From a virus, in IMG/VR virus record IMGVR_UViG_3300043811_000226: a DNA stretch of 64,000 nucleotides; one strand, written 5' to 3'. The notes under the pieces are model-generated. The model saw only the letters and a program-made list of their open reading frames with translations. It searched no databases and was not told the origin of the DNA. Shown here piece by piece: positions 25,468-35,224 of the stretch. A program made the translations under genes and the position numbers. Every line of letters begins with the position of its first letter. Position 1 is the first letter of the stretch.

Positions 25468-28400
25468 CTACGGGCTCAGCAGGACGGCCTGGTTGAACAT
25501 CATGTTCTGCCCACTGACGAGGTCCGTGCTGGCTGCATTTCCGAAGGCGGCGATGCCCGTCTCGACTCCCAGCAAGGGGTAGTCGCCCGGAGTACCGAGA
25601 CCCGTAGGTGTGGTCGCGAGGTTGGCTGTGACCTGGATGTGCGCAAGAGATCCGTCCGCTGCCTTGAAGCACTTGTTGCCGAAGATCTCGAACCGAGGAA
25701 CCTGCCCCTCAGCCCCGATGGCGATCTGCGCTCCATCCGAGAAGTTGCCCAGGCAGTAATTGTCTCGGATGGAGATCATCTGGTCCAGAACGGTGCTGTA
25801 GATTCCTGTGGTCTGGAAGATGCCGATGATGCCCGCGCCGCCGTTGTTGACGCAGCGGGTGCCGATGACTTGCACGTCCCCCATGTTCCAACCACCAAGC
25901 AGGATGCCTGCCCCTGCGTTGTTGGAGTATTCGCCGCCAAGGATCCTCAAGTTGTCCAGCGTCGCGCTGCTGCTCGAGCCGGTCGGAACAACGAGGCCGA
26001 CGCCGGTGTTCAGAGCCTTGCAGTTGCGCAGCACGATCCCGTAGGACGCACTCACGGCGCCGTAGTTGATGTAGTAGCCCGTCTCAAGGTTCGAACCAGA
26101 GCCTGGACGGAAGTACGACGAATAACAATGCACCAGCTCAACGCCGGACATGGGCTGGATGCCGAAGACGCCGTTGGTTGCCCACCGCGTTGTCCCAGAC
26201 CCTGCAATGCCCTGGATGACCACGTTCTCGAGGGTGGCGTTGACCTCTCCTGAAATGCCGAACGTACTGTCGATGTTGAGTCGATAGTTCGGCGCAGCAC
26301 CGCTGCCCGTGGTCACGTAGTTGCTGAACCTGACGTTCTTGATCTTCGTCGACGTGGACCGGCTAAGCGTGGTCGGTGTAGGAGGCAGCTCGAAGCGCAC
26401 GTCGCACGCACTCGACTGCTGGTTGAACGCAGAGAACGAGACGTTGTCCATCTCGAAGCCGAGGTCTCCTGGAATGAAGAAGCCGGAGAACCCGATCGAG
26501 AAGGTGAACTGACCCCAGTCCGCTGCGGAGAAGGTGTTGCCTACGGCCAGCCCTGCAGAGACGGTCTGCGCATTGCCTCCATGCTGGGTGCCCGTGAAGT
26601 TGGTGTTTCGGATCCGGATGACCTGCGCACAGATGAATCCCGGCGAGAAGGCACTGGCGGCCAGCGGCGACAACCAGTTGCAGTTGTCCATCGTGACCGT
26701 GCCGATGTTGGTCAGGTGCGCGAGGTTCGTGTTCCCCGGCGCCACGGGGCTGATGTAAAACAAGATGGAGTTGGCGAGCGACGTCACTACGGTCGCGTTG
26801 CACTTCTCCCAGGTGACGTCGGTAACCGTGAAGACGCTCGCCGGTTCCGCTGCCCCCGTGATGGCAATGAGCCCCGTGTTGTACTGGAGGTCGCTGGTGA
26901 GCGTCGCCGTACCACCAAGGATGTACGCGCAGTCCCGGAAGCGAACGTTGCTTACCGTACCGCCTGAAGCACCGTTCGGACCCATGACCACTGGGGCTGT
27001 TCCATCCGAGCACCAGAAGAAGCACTCGTCGAAGAAGAACCCGCTGTGGACCAGGCCATCACCAAGCTCGACGAAGACACCTGCATTGGCCGCCGTGAGC
27101 ACACGGAACGTGCAGCGCTGCGCATGGAAGCTGATGCCTCCAGGCAGAAGACCTGGGTTGGCGACCAAGATAGCGAGGTCCACAAGGACCATATCGGTGA
27201 GCCGAACGCCGCCCAGCAAGCACTCGACCGCAACGCCTCCTGAAGCCGTGCTGGTCATCGTCATGCTGCGCAAGTCGATGACGCCCGCAGTGTCCATGAC
27301 CAGAAGGTCGCCGACCCCTACGTTCAAGAAGGTCGTGTACGCGTGGTGCCCTTCGATGACGAGGTTGCCCGTCACCGTGTAGGTGTTGTTCATCGTGTAC
27401 GTGCCAGACTTGACGGAAATGTGCCCAGAAGCGGCACCCGAGGCGACGTAGAAGGCGATGGCGTGATCCAGCCCGAGCGCTCCGTTGAAGTCCCCGAAGG
27501 TGTTCACTCCATCGCCGACCGTGCAGCTCCAGCGTGCATTCAGCTTCTTCAGAAGGGAATCGGGAGACGTCAGCGAACCCGCCGTCGGAAGCTGCTCGAG
27601 AGTCCGTACCCACTGGTCCCCTTCGGACGCCGTGGCCGACGTCAGAGGAATGGCGGCAACGAAGTGCGTCGGGGGTGTGAGATTGCCGTCCTCGAGAAAC
27701 AGCGTCCCGTTCGGCACGCCGAAAGCGCCGCCGCCCGTAGGCTGGAGGTAGCTGCCGGAGATGATGCCGGGGTGGACGGTGCCAGTGGGGTCATCGAGCA
27801 GCTGGTGAAGAATGAGCGCGTGGATCGTGTTGTCACGCGTGAGCGTCAGAACGGACCGAGTCGGCGAGCCCGAGTCGTTGGGGTCGACCGAGAAGGTCAT
27901 GAGTGGGCTCTGCGCGAGCCTCGTACCGTCCGGCGTGGTGAAGATGCTGGCCGAGAGTGATGTGACGGTCGCGCCCACTACACCTGGCGTCGAGACCTGC
28001 TTGACGAAGTCCTCGAAGTCCGCCGTATCTCCGCGGCCAAGTCGGTCAGCAAAGAAGGCGTCCGCCGGCAGCGTGGCGAGGTTGGTTCGACTCCCGTAGT
28101 AGACGCGGTACGTCGCACCTGTCGGGATGGAGAGGTTGAGCGTGAGCGTCACGTTGCCTGCGGAGAAGCCACCGCCCACAGAGCCACCCGAGATACTCGC
28201 AACGACGATCTTCGCACCCCCGACCTGGATGTCGTTGTCGTTCGCGTCGGTGATCTGAAAGAGTTCGGTCAGCGGTGTGAAAGCCGAGATGCCGAGGAAG
28301 ATGCCGGGGCCGACAAGCGTGACGCTCGGGGTGGGGCTACCGGTAGGACCGACATTCGCTGTTACCGTGACTTCTGCGAGGTCCCGATGCAGCAAGTCGT

Positions 28401-28617
28401 CGATGAAGTCCGTGTTCGTCGCCAGCGCCTGGCTGGCGCGGTTTGCATCTGCGCTCGTCGCGTCCTCTCCGAAGGCCACGAAGTAGGTGCCGGCGTTCGG
28501 TCCACCCGACTTCTGCCCATCAGCAAACGCCGGCGTGCCGGAGACGGCATTGTTGATGTAGTCGTACCCGGCAGGCAGTCCGCCGAAATAGGAAGGAGTC
28601 GTCAGTCGATGGAACAT
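25468..28617 (-). CDS. Tailspike / receptor-binding protein with predicted right-handed beta-helix
   Basis: ISVKSGTY..., NxxIxNxxF / NCKALN / GGEYSNNAGAGI parallel beta-helix repeats; N-terminal anchoring region. Confidence 0.8.
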   Translation of the reverse strand: MFHRLTTPSYFGGLPAGYDYINNAVSGTPAFADGQKSGGPNAGTYFVAFGEDATSADANRASQALATNTDFIDDLLHRDLAEVTVTANVGPTGSPTPSVTLVGPGIFLGISAFTPLTELFQITDANDNDIQVGGAKIVVASISGGSVGGGFSAGNVTLTLNLSIPTGATYRVYYGSRTNLATLPADAFFADRLGRGDTADFEDFVKQVSTPGVVGATVTSLSASIFTTPDGTRLAQSPLMTFSVDPNDSGSPTRSVLTLTRDNTIHALILHQLLDDPTGTVHPGIISGSYLQPTGGGAFGVPNGTLFLEDGNLTPPTHFVAAIPLTSATASEGDQWVRTLEQLPTAGSLTSPDSLLKKLNARWSCTVGDGVNTFGDFNGALGLDHAIAFYVASGAASGHISVKSGTYTMNNTYTVTGNLVIEGHHAYTTFLNVGVGDLLVMDTAGVIDLRSMTMTSTASGGVAVECLLGGVRLTDMVLVDLAILVANPGLLPGGISFHAQRCTFRVLTAANAGVFVELGDGLVHSGFFFDECFFWCSDGTAPVVMGPNGASGGTVSNVRFRDCAYILGGTATLTSDLQYNTGLIAITGAAEPASVFTVTDVTWEKCNATVVTSLANSILFYISPVAPGNTNLAHLTNIGTVTMDNCNWLSPLAASAFSPGFICAQVIRIRNTNFTGTQHGGNAQTVSAGLAVGNTFSAADWGQFTFSIGFSGFFIPGDLGFEMDNVSFSAFNQQSSACDVRFELPPTPTTLSRSTSTKIKNVRFSNYVTTGSGAAPNYRLNIDSTFGISGEVNATLENVVIQGIAGSGTTRWATNGVFGIQPMSGVELVHCYSSYFRPGSGSNLETGYYINYGAVSASYGIVLRNCKALNTGVGLVVPTGSSSSATLDNLRILGGEYSNNAGAGILLGGWNMGDVQVIGTRCVNNGGAGIIGIFQTTGIYSTVLDQMISIRDNYCLGNFSDGAQIAIGAEGQVPRFEIFGNKCFKAADGSLAHIQVTANLATTPTGLGTPGDYPLLGVETGIAAFGNAASTDLVSGQNMMFNQAVLLSP

Positions 28618-28619
28618 GG

Positions 28620-29267
28620 TTAGAACCTCACCGTCCAGGCGACCTCGAAGTCGAAGGCGTTGGTCTTGGAGATAGTATCGAACGTGTCAAACGCGACACC
28701 TGTGTTGTTGAACACGTTGGGGTTCGCTGCAGAAGTGAAGAGCATGACTTCGGAGAGAGGCACCGTCAGAAAGGGCGAGTAGCTGACGTCGGTCTGCCCG
28801 AAGAGGATGCTGAAGGTCACCTCCGTGGCCGTGGCATGCGTAGCTGGTGCCTGCACCTGGCCCAGCCAGACATCTCCACCAAGACCTGGGTAGGGGTTCG
28901 AGGAGCCGCTGATGCGCACGGGGCGCTCGAGTACCGTAACCGTGGGGTCGGTGTCGGTCTGCAGGTTCGAGCCGGGGTACGCCGTACTGAGGGGAGGGGA
29001 GTTGGCCGTCGTCAGAGCCAGCTGCCGCGTACCGCCGATGCCGAGACCCATATACTTGATGCGGTCGTTTCGCTCGGGTGTGTCCGGACCGAACGACACG
29101 TAAGCGATGAGGCTCGCCAAATACTCCCGCCCGAGGTTCAGCCAGATGTTGTGGCCCGCGCGTCGAGCGACAATCTTGCCGCGTTCTCGGGCGATCAGAA
29201 CGAGGTTGTTTCGAACCTCGACGGTCGCTCCTCGCCGCACCCCCAGCCGCATCCTCTGTTTCCTCAT
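28620..29267 (-). CDS. Tail-fibre anchoring / baseplate protein
   Basis: HNIWLNLGREYLA...IKYMGLGIGG...LSEVMLF...ISKT..F..EVAWTVRF pattern. Confidence 0.7.
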   Translation of the reverse strand: MRKQRMRLGVRRGATVEVRNNLVLIARERGKIVARRAGHNIWLNLGREYLASLIAYVSFGPDTPERNDRIKYMGLGIGGTRQLALTTANSPPLSTAYPGSNLQTDTDPTVTVLERPVRISGSSNPYPGLGGDVWLGQVQAPATHATATEVTFSILFGQTDVSYSPFLTVPLSEVMLFTSAANPNVFNNTGVAFDTFDTISKTNAFDFEVAWTVRF

Positions 29268-29740
29268 GAAGCGCTCCCGACTATGTTACCGAGTTCCTCG
29301 AAGAAGGACGACTGCATCACCGACGAAATCTTGGTGAGCTTCTTCTTCGACGCAATGAGCTCCTTCAGGCGCTCGATGGTGACCTTCGAGATGGGACCGA
29401 GGAAGCGATCCGTGTTGTAGTGCTGCAAGTAGAGCTTCTTTGCCTCCTCCTTGCTGCCCACACCTAGAATCACCTTGTCCTCGTCGTAGCTGCCGTCGTG
29501 TTTCTTCTGGTGAACGACGTGTGCATGGGTCGCATCCTTGTTTGGACCCAAGTACACGTCCACGCCTTCTCCGTCTGCCCCTTGAGTACCTTTTATGTAC
29601 CCGTAGGGTGCCTTCATCTCGGTTCTCCACGGCTTACCGTCGCGGTCGACTCCTTTGCGGACAGACCCTACCTGGTTCTCGATGGCAATGGGTAGTCCGT
29701 GCCGCGCCGTGTGCCCCTGTAGTTTGAACGCGAGCTTCAC
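29264..29740 (-). CDS. Inorganic-pyrophosphatase-like domain protein (InPase type seen in phage polyvalent proteins), stand-alone
   Basis: IAIENQVGSVRKG..WRTEM...YGYIKGTQGADGEGVDVYLGP...DEDKVILG; GTG 29740 overlaps the endonuclease TGA. Confidence 0.8.
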   Translation of the reverse strand: MKLAFKLQGHTARHGLPIAIENQVGSVRKGVDRDGKPWRTEMKAPYGYIKGTQGADGEGVDVYLGPNKDATHAHVVHQKKHDGSYDEDKVILGVGSKEEAKKLYLQHYNTDRFLGPISKVTIERLKELIASKKKLTKISSVMQSSFFEELGNIVGSAS

Positions 29741-30111
29741 GCGTGCCTCTTCAAGTAGTCGATGCACGATAGCAGCAAGTCGATGGAGTCCTTGGCGTAA
29801 CCGAGGATGCAGTTGCAGCGGATGCAGAGAAGAGCGCGAACCTTGTTCGTCAGATGGTCGCGGTCAACAGAAAGCCGCTGCCTGCTGATCTCCTCCTTGT
29901 GGCAGATCGCGCAGACACCATTCTGAGCGACGACCATCGCGTTGTACTCTTCGATGGTGAGACCGTGCTTCGCAAGGTTGTACCGCAGTACGGCCTCAGC
30001 GTACTTCTCCGGGTTCTTCCTGCGCCACTCCGCTACCGCCTCCGACTCCTTGGTGCGTTGTTCTGGCGTACTCCTGAACGCCCGTGCTTTTTTGGGGTCC
30101 TTGTACGGCAT
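29737..30111 (-). CDS. EndoVII-like (recombination endonuclease VII family) homing endonuclease, probably inactivated
   Basis: QNGVCAIC...VDRDH...VRALLCIRCNCILG...YL; DRDH instead of DHxH. Confidence 0.85.
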   Translation of the reverse strand: MPYKDPKKARAFRSTPEQRTKESEAVAEWRRKNPEKYAEAVLRYNLAKHGLTIEEYNAMVVAQNGVCAICHKEEISRQRLSVDRDHLTNKVRALLCIRCNCILGYAKDSIDLLLSCIDYLKRHA

Positions 30112-30114
30112 GGC

Positions 30115-33100
30115 CTACATCACTCGGAAGCTGCAATAAGTACCTGCCGCAAGTGTGTCGTCGAACGTCCACGGCACCGAGATCCCGGTTTCCACCAGGA
30201 CACTATCCCATGCGACGGCAACGTCACTCAAGCCAGTGGGAACGATGAAGGCCGTGAGCACATCTCCCGGCACGACGACGATGCTGACCGGAACTGTCAA
30301 AGCCACACTGCTCGACGCAGTAAAAGCCTGGGTCTCGACAGTCGTACCGTTCTTTTTGATGACGAGGTCGTAAGTGTTCGGCGTCGTCGGGTGCGGGATG
30401 ACAACTTGCAATGTGAGCGAGTTGATGGTGCCGCCGGGAGAGGGGACCGTCACGGGCCCTTCTACCTGTAGCCCGGCACCAGGGATGAGCACCTGCGCGC
30501 CAGCGCTGAAGTAGATCATGTCGGCCGTGTACACCGGCACGTCGAACTGGAAGAGCGAGTCGTACGTCACAACCGTCGGACTCGCAAACGTCGTGCAGAT
30601 GGTGCCGATGATGAAGTCTTCCGGGCACAGGTAGTTCTTGTCGAAGCCCCAGACGATGGGGTAGTTAGGCGTCGGGTACGTCGGAGGCGACAGCGGGTCT
30701 GCGTTGTGGTCGTACTGGCTGCGCCAGCCACCACCTGCAGGCCGCGGCTGGTCGAACATCGTGGCAACGCCCTTGGTGCCGTCGAAGCACGCGCCATCGA
30801 AGATGAGCAGCGTGCCCGACAAGTCGACCTCGTCCGAGACGCTGATGTCCGTGTCACTGATGGACAGAAGAACGACGAAGACCGGGTACGTGTACGTTGG
30901 CTTGATGCGCAGGACAAAGCTTCGCGCAAAGAGCAACGCCTGAAGGTCGAACGCCGCGCTATCGACCCTCATCAAGAACTTGAAGTACTTCTCGACCTCG
31001 AAGAAGACTCCCTGCTCGAGGTAGCCGTGGAACCAGGTCGGGTTGTTCACCCAGTCCGAGATCTCCACACCGGTGACAAGGGGAGCGAACTGCTGCACTG
31101 TGTCGCCGATGGCGTAAGGCGCACCCGTTGCCGGATTGGTCTCGAGAGCCAGGACCTTCGGGTAGGTGTACTCACGAACGATGGTCGTGTCGGCTAGATC
31201 CTGGACGAGGATCTGTCCCGTCGTCACCGTGAAGTCGTTCCGTATGCCGACGATGGTTCCTGCTTCTTCTGCGAAAGGCAGCCCAAGCAGGATCTGCGAG
31301 CCGGCGCGCAGGTTGAAGACCGTGGGTCCGTTGAAGTAGGCGTACCAGAGACCACGCACCGCCGAGAGGTAGTCGACGTTCGACGGCAGCTGTGAGAGCT
31401 GGTCGAGCGTGAAGTCCGCAGGGATGCCGAAGTTGTTCTGGATGCGCGTGCTGTTATCGAGGTAGCTCGTCTCCGCCCACAGCTGCGCCGGCGGAAGCTG
31501 CGCCTGCCAGACATCGGGCCCACCTGCGCCAGTAGGCACGGGCGTGACGAAACGCAGGCAAGACTGACCACGGAAGGAGTCGAAGAAGAAGTCGACGTTA
31601 CGGCGCAAGACCTGCGTGTCGTCCGTGCTGACGATGGTCTGCTGCAAGAGGGGCACGTCAACGATGAGGGGGTCGAGCGGCATGTACTTGCGCCGCAGAA
31701 TGCTCTTCAGAAAGACCGCGTAGGTCCCTGGCGTAGCCAAGTAGAAGCCCACGTTCGTTGCATCGACCGGCAAACTTTGTGTCAGTACGGAAGAAGAACC
31801 CAACGCGGGGCCCGTCACTTCCAACAGCGTGTTGGACGCAATGTTCAGGACCTCGTAGGTAACGATGTCACCCTGCTCACAGAGGCCGTTCCAGAAGTCC
31901 AGGTCAGGAGACGTAACCGTTCCCGATATGCTCCAGGCCACATCGACTGGCACAGGCAGTGGGTCTCGAAGAGTCACACGCTGGAAGGGCCACGTGTCAG
32001 ACGGGTCGTCGACCACGCTAGCGATGCGATAGGCCACACCGTCAATGCACAAGAAGTCGTTCAGCTCGATGTCGAGGAACTGGAGGCTTTTCTCGGTACG
32101 GTAGGTGCTTACCGTGGCAACGCCAGCGCCTCCCGTACCTTGCGGAGGCGCATTCACTGAACCAGGTACAAAAAGCGGGCAGGATGACGTTGAGAGGATC
32201 GTGAACGGGAAGGGGGCGTCGATGCGCAAGTGCGTGACCGTACCAGCGCGGTTGAGGATCGAGCGCACCGCAATCCGCGTGTCGATCTGCGCGAAGATGG
32301 ACTGCAGCGTCGCGAGAAGCTGCGCCGCTGTGTAAGGGTCCTGCGCCACGAACGAGATGACGGTCGGTGCCCCAAGTACAGCAAGCTGGATGTCGAGGTG
32401 CGTGCTGGCAATGCCGCTGATGCCTCCTGGCGTGGGAATGTCGACCGATTCCACACCGCCGAAGACGGCGCGCACCGTCGACTGCTCGAGCAGGAGGGGC
32501 GACTCCTGCATCAAGAGGTCGTAGTGCAACCACTTCCTCTGGAACGTGCGCTGGATGTCGCGCAGGCTCTTCGAGTAGTCGACCTGCCAGAGGTTGAGCA
32601 GCTCGGCCGCCGCAACCTGGGCCATCCCCTGCCAGAAGGTGGTGATGCGCTCCTTGCCCTCTACGAGGTTCCAGAAGTTCGAGAGGTAGTTCCAGACGAA
32701 CGTGAGGTCGGGGGTGCATCCGCGCGCGACGGAGGACTCGACGACGTTGACGAGCGTAGTTTCTGGGAGAGAGTGAAGAACGCCGTCGAAGACGACCAAG
32801 TCGAAGAGGTAGATGCCCGGCACGTCCGGGTAGAACGTGGGTTTCGGACTCGTCGGCGTGTTGAGGCCGTTCTGTGGGAGGTACTTGAACGGCGTGTTCG
32901 TCGAGAGGCTGTCAGGAAGCAGGAACTCGGTGATCTGGACGTAGAACCCGTGGCCGTCGGTGCCCGTACCGGAGATGTCGTAAGGGTTGCCGCCCACAAC
33001 GATGACATCGTTCGCCAGGATGGGGTGTGTACTGTTCAGCGTCTCCAGCGAGGCGGAGTAGAGGCGGTCGGTGAACCCCGTCGGCACCATTAGTGGGTAA

Positions 33101-34056
33101 GTCAGCCCATCGGCCTCGTCGTAGATGTACTGGCTGCCGAGAGGTGCGTTGATGAGGCGCCACTTGTACGTGAGCGGAGCGTTCTGCGGGTCGGAGCTCT
33201 TTGTGCCATCGAGCTGCAGGATGGAGCAGAACTGGATGGCCTGGTCGAGCCCGGGGTCGGCGATGGGCTGCAGTGAAGGCAGGATGACGCCCGTACCGAG
33301 GCAGATGGCATCGAGCAGAACAACCGTCGGCTCAGTCAGCGAACCTCGCACGCTGACCACCGACTGGCTGGGCGGTACAATCGTGGCGCTCGAGGACGGG
33401 ATGGCCGGCATCACGTAGCGCAGCTGGTGGCCTGTGATGGGAACTTGGCTGGTCTCGGTGATGTAGATGTAGACAGCTCCCGTAAGGAAGCTCATCGCAA
33501 TGAGGTAGGTCCAGTACGTGTCCTCGCTAACAAAGGACTGGCTACCTGGCAGAGCTTGTACCGGCGTCTCGAGCACGAGGTTGTTCGAACCATCGAACGA
33601 GACCGAGCCTGTGTAGAGGATGCCAATCTTGGAGATGAAGAGACCGACGCACCCACCCGACGGAGAAAAGGTGCCGAAGTACGAGTGCCGATTGGTCAGG
33701 TCGAGGAAGTCCTGCGGCAGGTCCTGCCACTTCGCCGTGAACGTGAATGTGAAGACTTCCGGAACGGAGACGTCGAAAAAGATGGCGGCGTCGGTCGTCG
33801 GGTAGAGCGGACCACCAGAAGCCAAGACCTGGTCCATCGTGAGGAAGTCGATGGGGAACTGCCCACCACTTCCGATGGTCGATACGTTGCTATACGTGAG
33901 CGTGAGCGCGATTTCCTGGCACGTGCCCAGGCAGAAGACGTCGTAGGGAGGGCAGTTTGGTAGAGGTCCTCCTCCGCCGGAAAGCGTAAGGGACGCCCAC
34001 GGCGCCATCCCCCAGGGGGCGACGCCCCATCCAGTTGAGTGGGGGGAGGGCGGCAC
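30115..34056 (-). CDS. Large baseplate wedge protein with PKD-like and lectin-like domains
   Basis: PIADPGLDQ...LDGTKSSDP..LTYKW and PTFYPDVPGIYLFDLVVFDG (PKD-like); C-terminal RIKPTYTY wedge-like motif; next to baseplate J. Confidence 0.7.
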   Translation of the reverse strand: MPPSPHSTGWGVAPWGMAPWASLTLSGGGGPLPNCPPYDVFCLGTCQEIALTLTYSNVSTIGSGGQFPIDFLTMDQVLASGGPLYPTTDAAIFFDVSVPEVFTFTFTAKWQDLPQDFLDLTNRHSYFGTFSPSGGCVGLFISKIGILYTGSVSFDGSNNLVLETPVQALPGSQSFVSEDTYWTYLIAMSFLTGAVYIYITETSQVPITGHQLRYVMPAIPSSSATIVPPSQSVVSVRGSLTEPTVVLLDAICLGTGVILPSLQPIADPGLDQAIQFCSILQLDGTKSSDPQNAPLTYKWRLINAPLGSQYIYDEADGLTYPLMVPTGFTDRLYSASLETLNSTHPILANDVIVVGGNPYDISGTGTDGHGFYVQITEFLLPDSLSTNTPFKYLPQNGLNTPTSPKPTFYPDVPGIYLFDLVVFDGVLHSLPETTLVNVVESSVARGCTPDLTFVWNYLSNFWNLVEGKERITTFWQGMAQVAAAELLNLWQVDYSKSLRDIQRTFQRKWLHYDLLMQESPLLLEQSTVRAVFGGVESVDIPTPGGISGIASTHLDIQLAVLGAPTVISFVAQDPYTAAQLLATLQSIFAQIDTRIAVRSILNRAGTVTHLRIDAPFPFTILSTSSCPLFVPGSVNAPPQGTGGAGVATVSTYRTEKSLQFLDIELNDFLCIDGVAYRIASVVDDPSDTWPFQRVTLRDPLPVPVDVAWSISGTVTSPDLDFWNGLCEQGDIVTYEVLNIASNTLLEVTGPALGSSSVLTQSLPVDATNVGFYLATPGTYAVFLKSILRRKYMPLDPLIVDVPLLQQTIVSTDDTQVLRRNVDFFFDSFRGQSCLRFVTPVPTGAGGPDVWQAQLPPAQLWAETSYLDNSTRIQNNFGIPADFTLDQLSQLPSNVDYLSAVRGLWYAYFNGPTVFNLRAGSQILLGLPFAEEAGTIVGIRNDFTVTTGQILVQDLADTTIVREYTYPKVLALETNPATGAPYAIGDTVQQFAPLVTGVEISDWVNNPTWFHGYLEQGVFFEVEKYFKFLMRVDSAAFDLQALLFARSFVLRIKPTYTYPVFVVLLSISDTDISVSDEVDLSGTLLIFDGACFDGTKGVATMFDQPRPAGGGWRSQYDHNADPLSPPTYPTPNYPIVWGFDKNYLCPEDFIIGTICTTFASPTVVTYDSLFQFDVPVYTADMIYFSAGAQVLIPGAGLQVEGPVTVPSPGGTINSLTLQVVIPHPTTPNTYDLVIKKNGTTVETQAFTASSSVALTVPVSIVVVPGDVLTAFIVPTGLSDVAVAWDSVLVETGISVPWTFDDTLAAGTYCSFRVM

Positions 34057-34062
34057 GTGTAG

Positions 34063-34410
34063 CTACTTCAGGAGGAACAGGAGGCCGAACTGCAGGACTT
34101 TGTTCTGGTCCCCTTCCGCCTTCACCTTGCCTCGGAAGTACGCCTGGCAGAAGGAGGCGACGATGTTGGGTGAGGAGAAGACAGCCTTCAAGTCGTCCTC
34201 CGACACCGTCATCTTCACCTTGGCGTCGTCCGCCGTCCCTGCGGTCACCGTCGGCTCCTCGAGGGTCGTGTCGACTACCCAGCTACCACCAGAAGGACCG
34301 GGGATGGTCAGCTGGTACTTGGTCTTGGACCGAGAAGCCGGGGACGCGTTGTTTTTGAGCGCCGCGGCAAGGGTGACGTTGAAGTACTTCTGCAAGTTGA
34401 GATCCGCCAT
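34063..34410 (-). CDS. SCP2 sterol/lipid-binding domain protein
   Basis: YQLTIPGPSGGSWVVD...ADDAKVKMTVSEDDL...AYFRGKVKAEGD fits the SCP2 consensus; ATG 34410 after GGAAAGGA. Confidence 0.82.
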   Translation of the reverse strand: MADLNLQKYFNVTLAAALKNNASPASRSKTKYQLTIPGPSGGSWVVDTTLEEPTVTAGTADDAKVKMTVSEDDLKAVFSSPNIVASFCQAYFRGKVKAEGDQNKVLQFGLLFLLK

Positions 34411-34424
34411 CGAACTGTCCTTTC

Positions 34425-35201
34425 CTACCTGATCTTCCAGTGGACCCCGGTGTCCATCCAATCCACGGATATGCTGTTGGTGCGGAGCGTCGCCGTGGGG
34501 TTGTAAGAACCAGGGGTGTACGGGTCTTCAATGAGCTTGCCGTTGCCATGCACCGTGATGTTGTTGGTGAAGCAATCGTCGCCGTCGTCGATGACACTTG
34601 CCTCGATTCCCGCCGATGAGGGGTTGGGCATCGAGATGTCACAAGTGCCTGTCGTCGAATCGCAGAGCCCAATGAGAAGCTCAGTGGGAGGGCCCAGCGT
34701 GAGCGTACCGGGCGTCGCGTGGTTGACGTGCAGGAGGCCCTGCTGACGCTCCCCGATCTGCTGGAGCAAGTCGAAGTAGATGGTCTGGAACGCCTCGTCC
34801 CACCCACGGGTCTGCCCCATGAAGTTCTGTTCGCCGATTACCTCTCCGAGGCCTGGCAGGCGCCAGCCACGGTTCACCATGTTGCCGTTGGTGTCGAAGC
34901 GGACTACGGCAACCAGTACCTGCACGTTGCCTGGCCCGCCGCCATTGGTGATGAGCTGCACGCGGTAGGTGCCTGGAAGGTCAGGGTTCCACGTTGTGTT
35001 GATCAGATTCGTGCTGCTCAGCACCGCGGCGCTGCCGGGCGGGATGTCGAGAAACTGCCAGGCGAAGGAGATGTTGCCCCCCGTCGTACAGCGCGCTGTG
35101 ATGATCCGACTTTGCCACAAGTCGTTGCGCGCAACGCCAGGAGAGCCGAACGAGGGGGTAGACGGTTGGGGTTGGTCGAAGGCGATTATTGCGCCGGGCA
35201 T
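34425..35201 (-). CDS. Putative structural protein with PKD/Ig-like domain
   Basis: FAWQFLDIPPGSAA...PDLPGTYRVQL; AGGAG RBS; within baseplate operon. Confidence 0.65.
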   Translation of the reverse strand: MPGAIIAFDQPQPSTPSFGSPGVARNDLWQSRIITARCTTGGNISFAWQFLDIPPGSAAVLSSTNLINTTWNPDLPGTYRVQLITNGGGPGNVQVLVAVVRFDTNGNMVNRGWRLPGLGEVIGEQNFMGQTRGWDEAFQTIYFDLLQQIGERQQGLLHVNHATPGTLTLGPPTELLIGLCDSTTGTCDISMPNPSSAGIEASVIDDGDDCFTNNITVHGNGKLIEDPYTPGSYNPTATLRTNSISVDWMDTGVHWKIR

Positions 35202-35224
35202 AGTCTTCTCCTACGTTCTACCTC

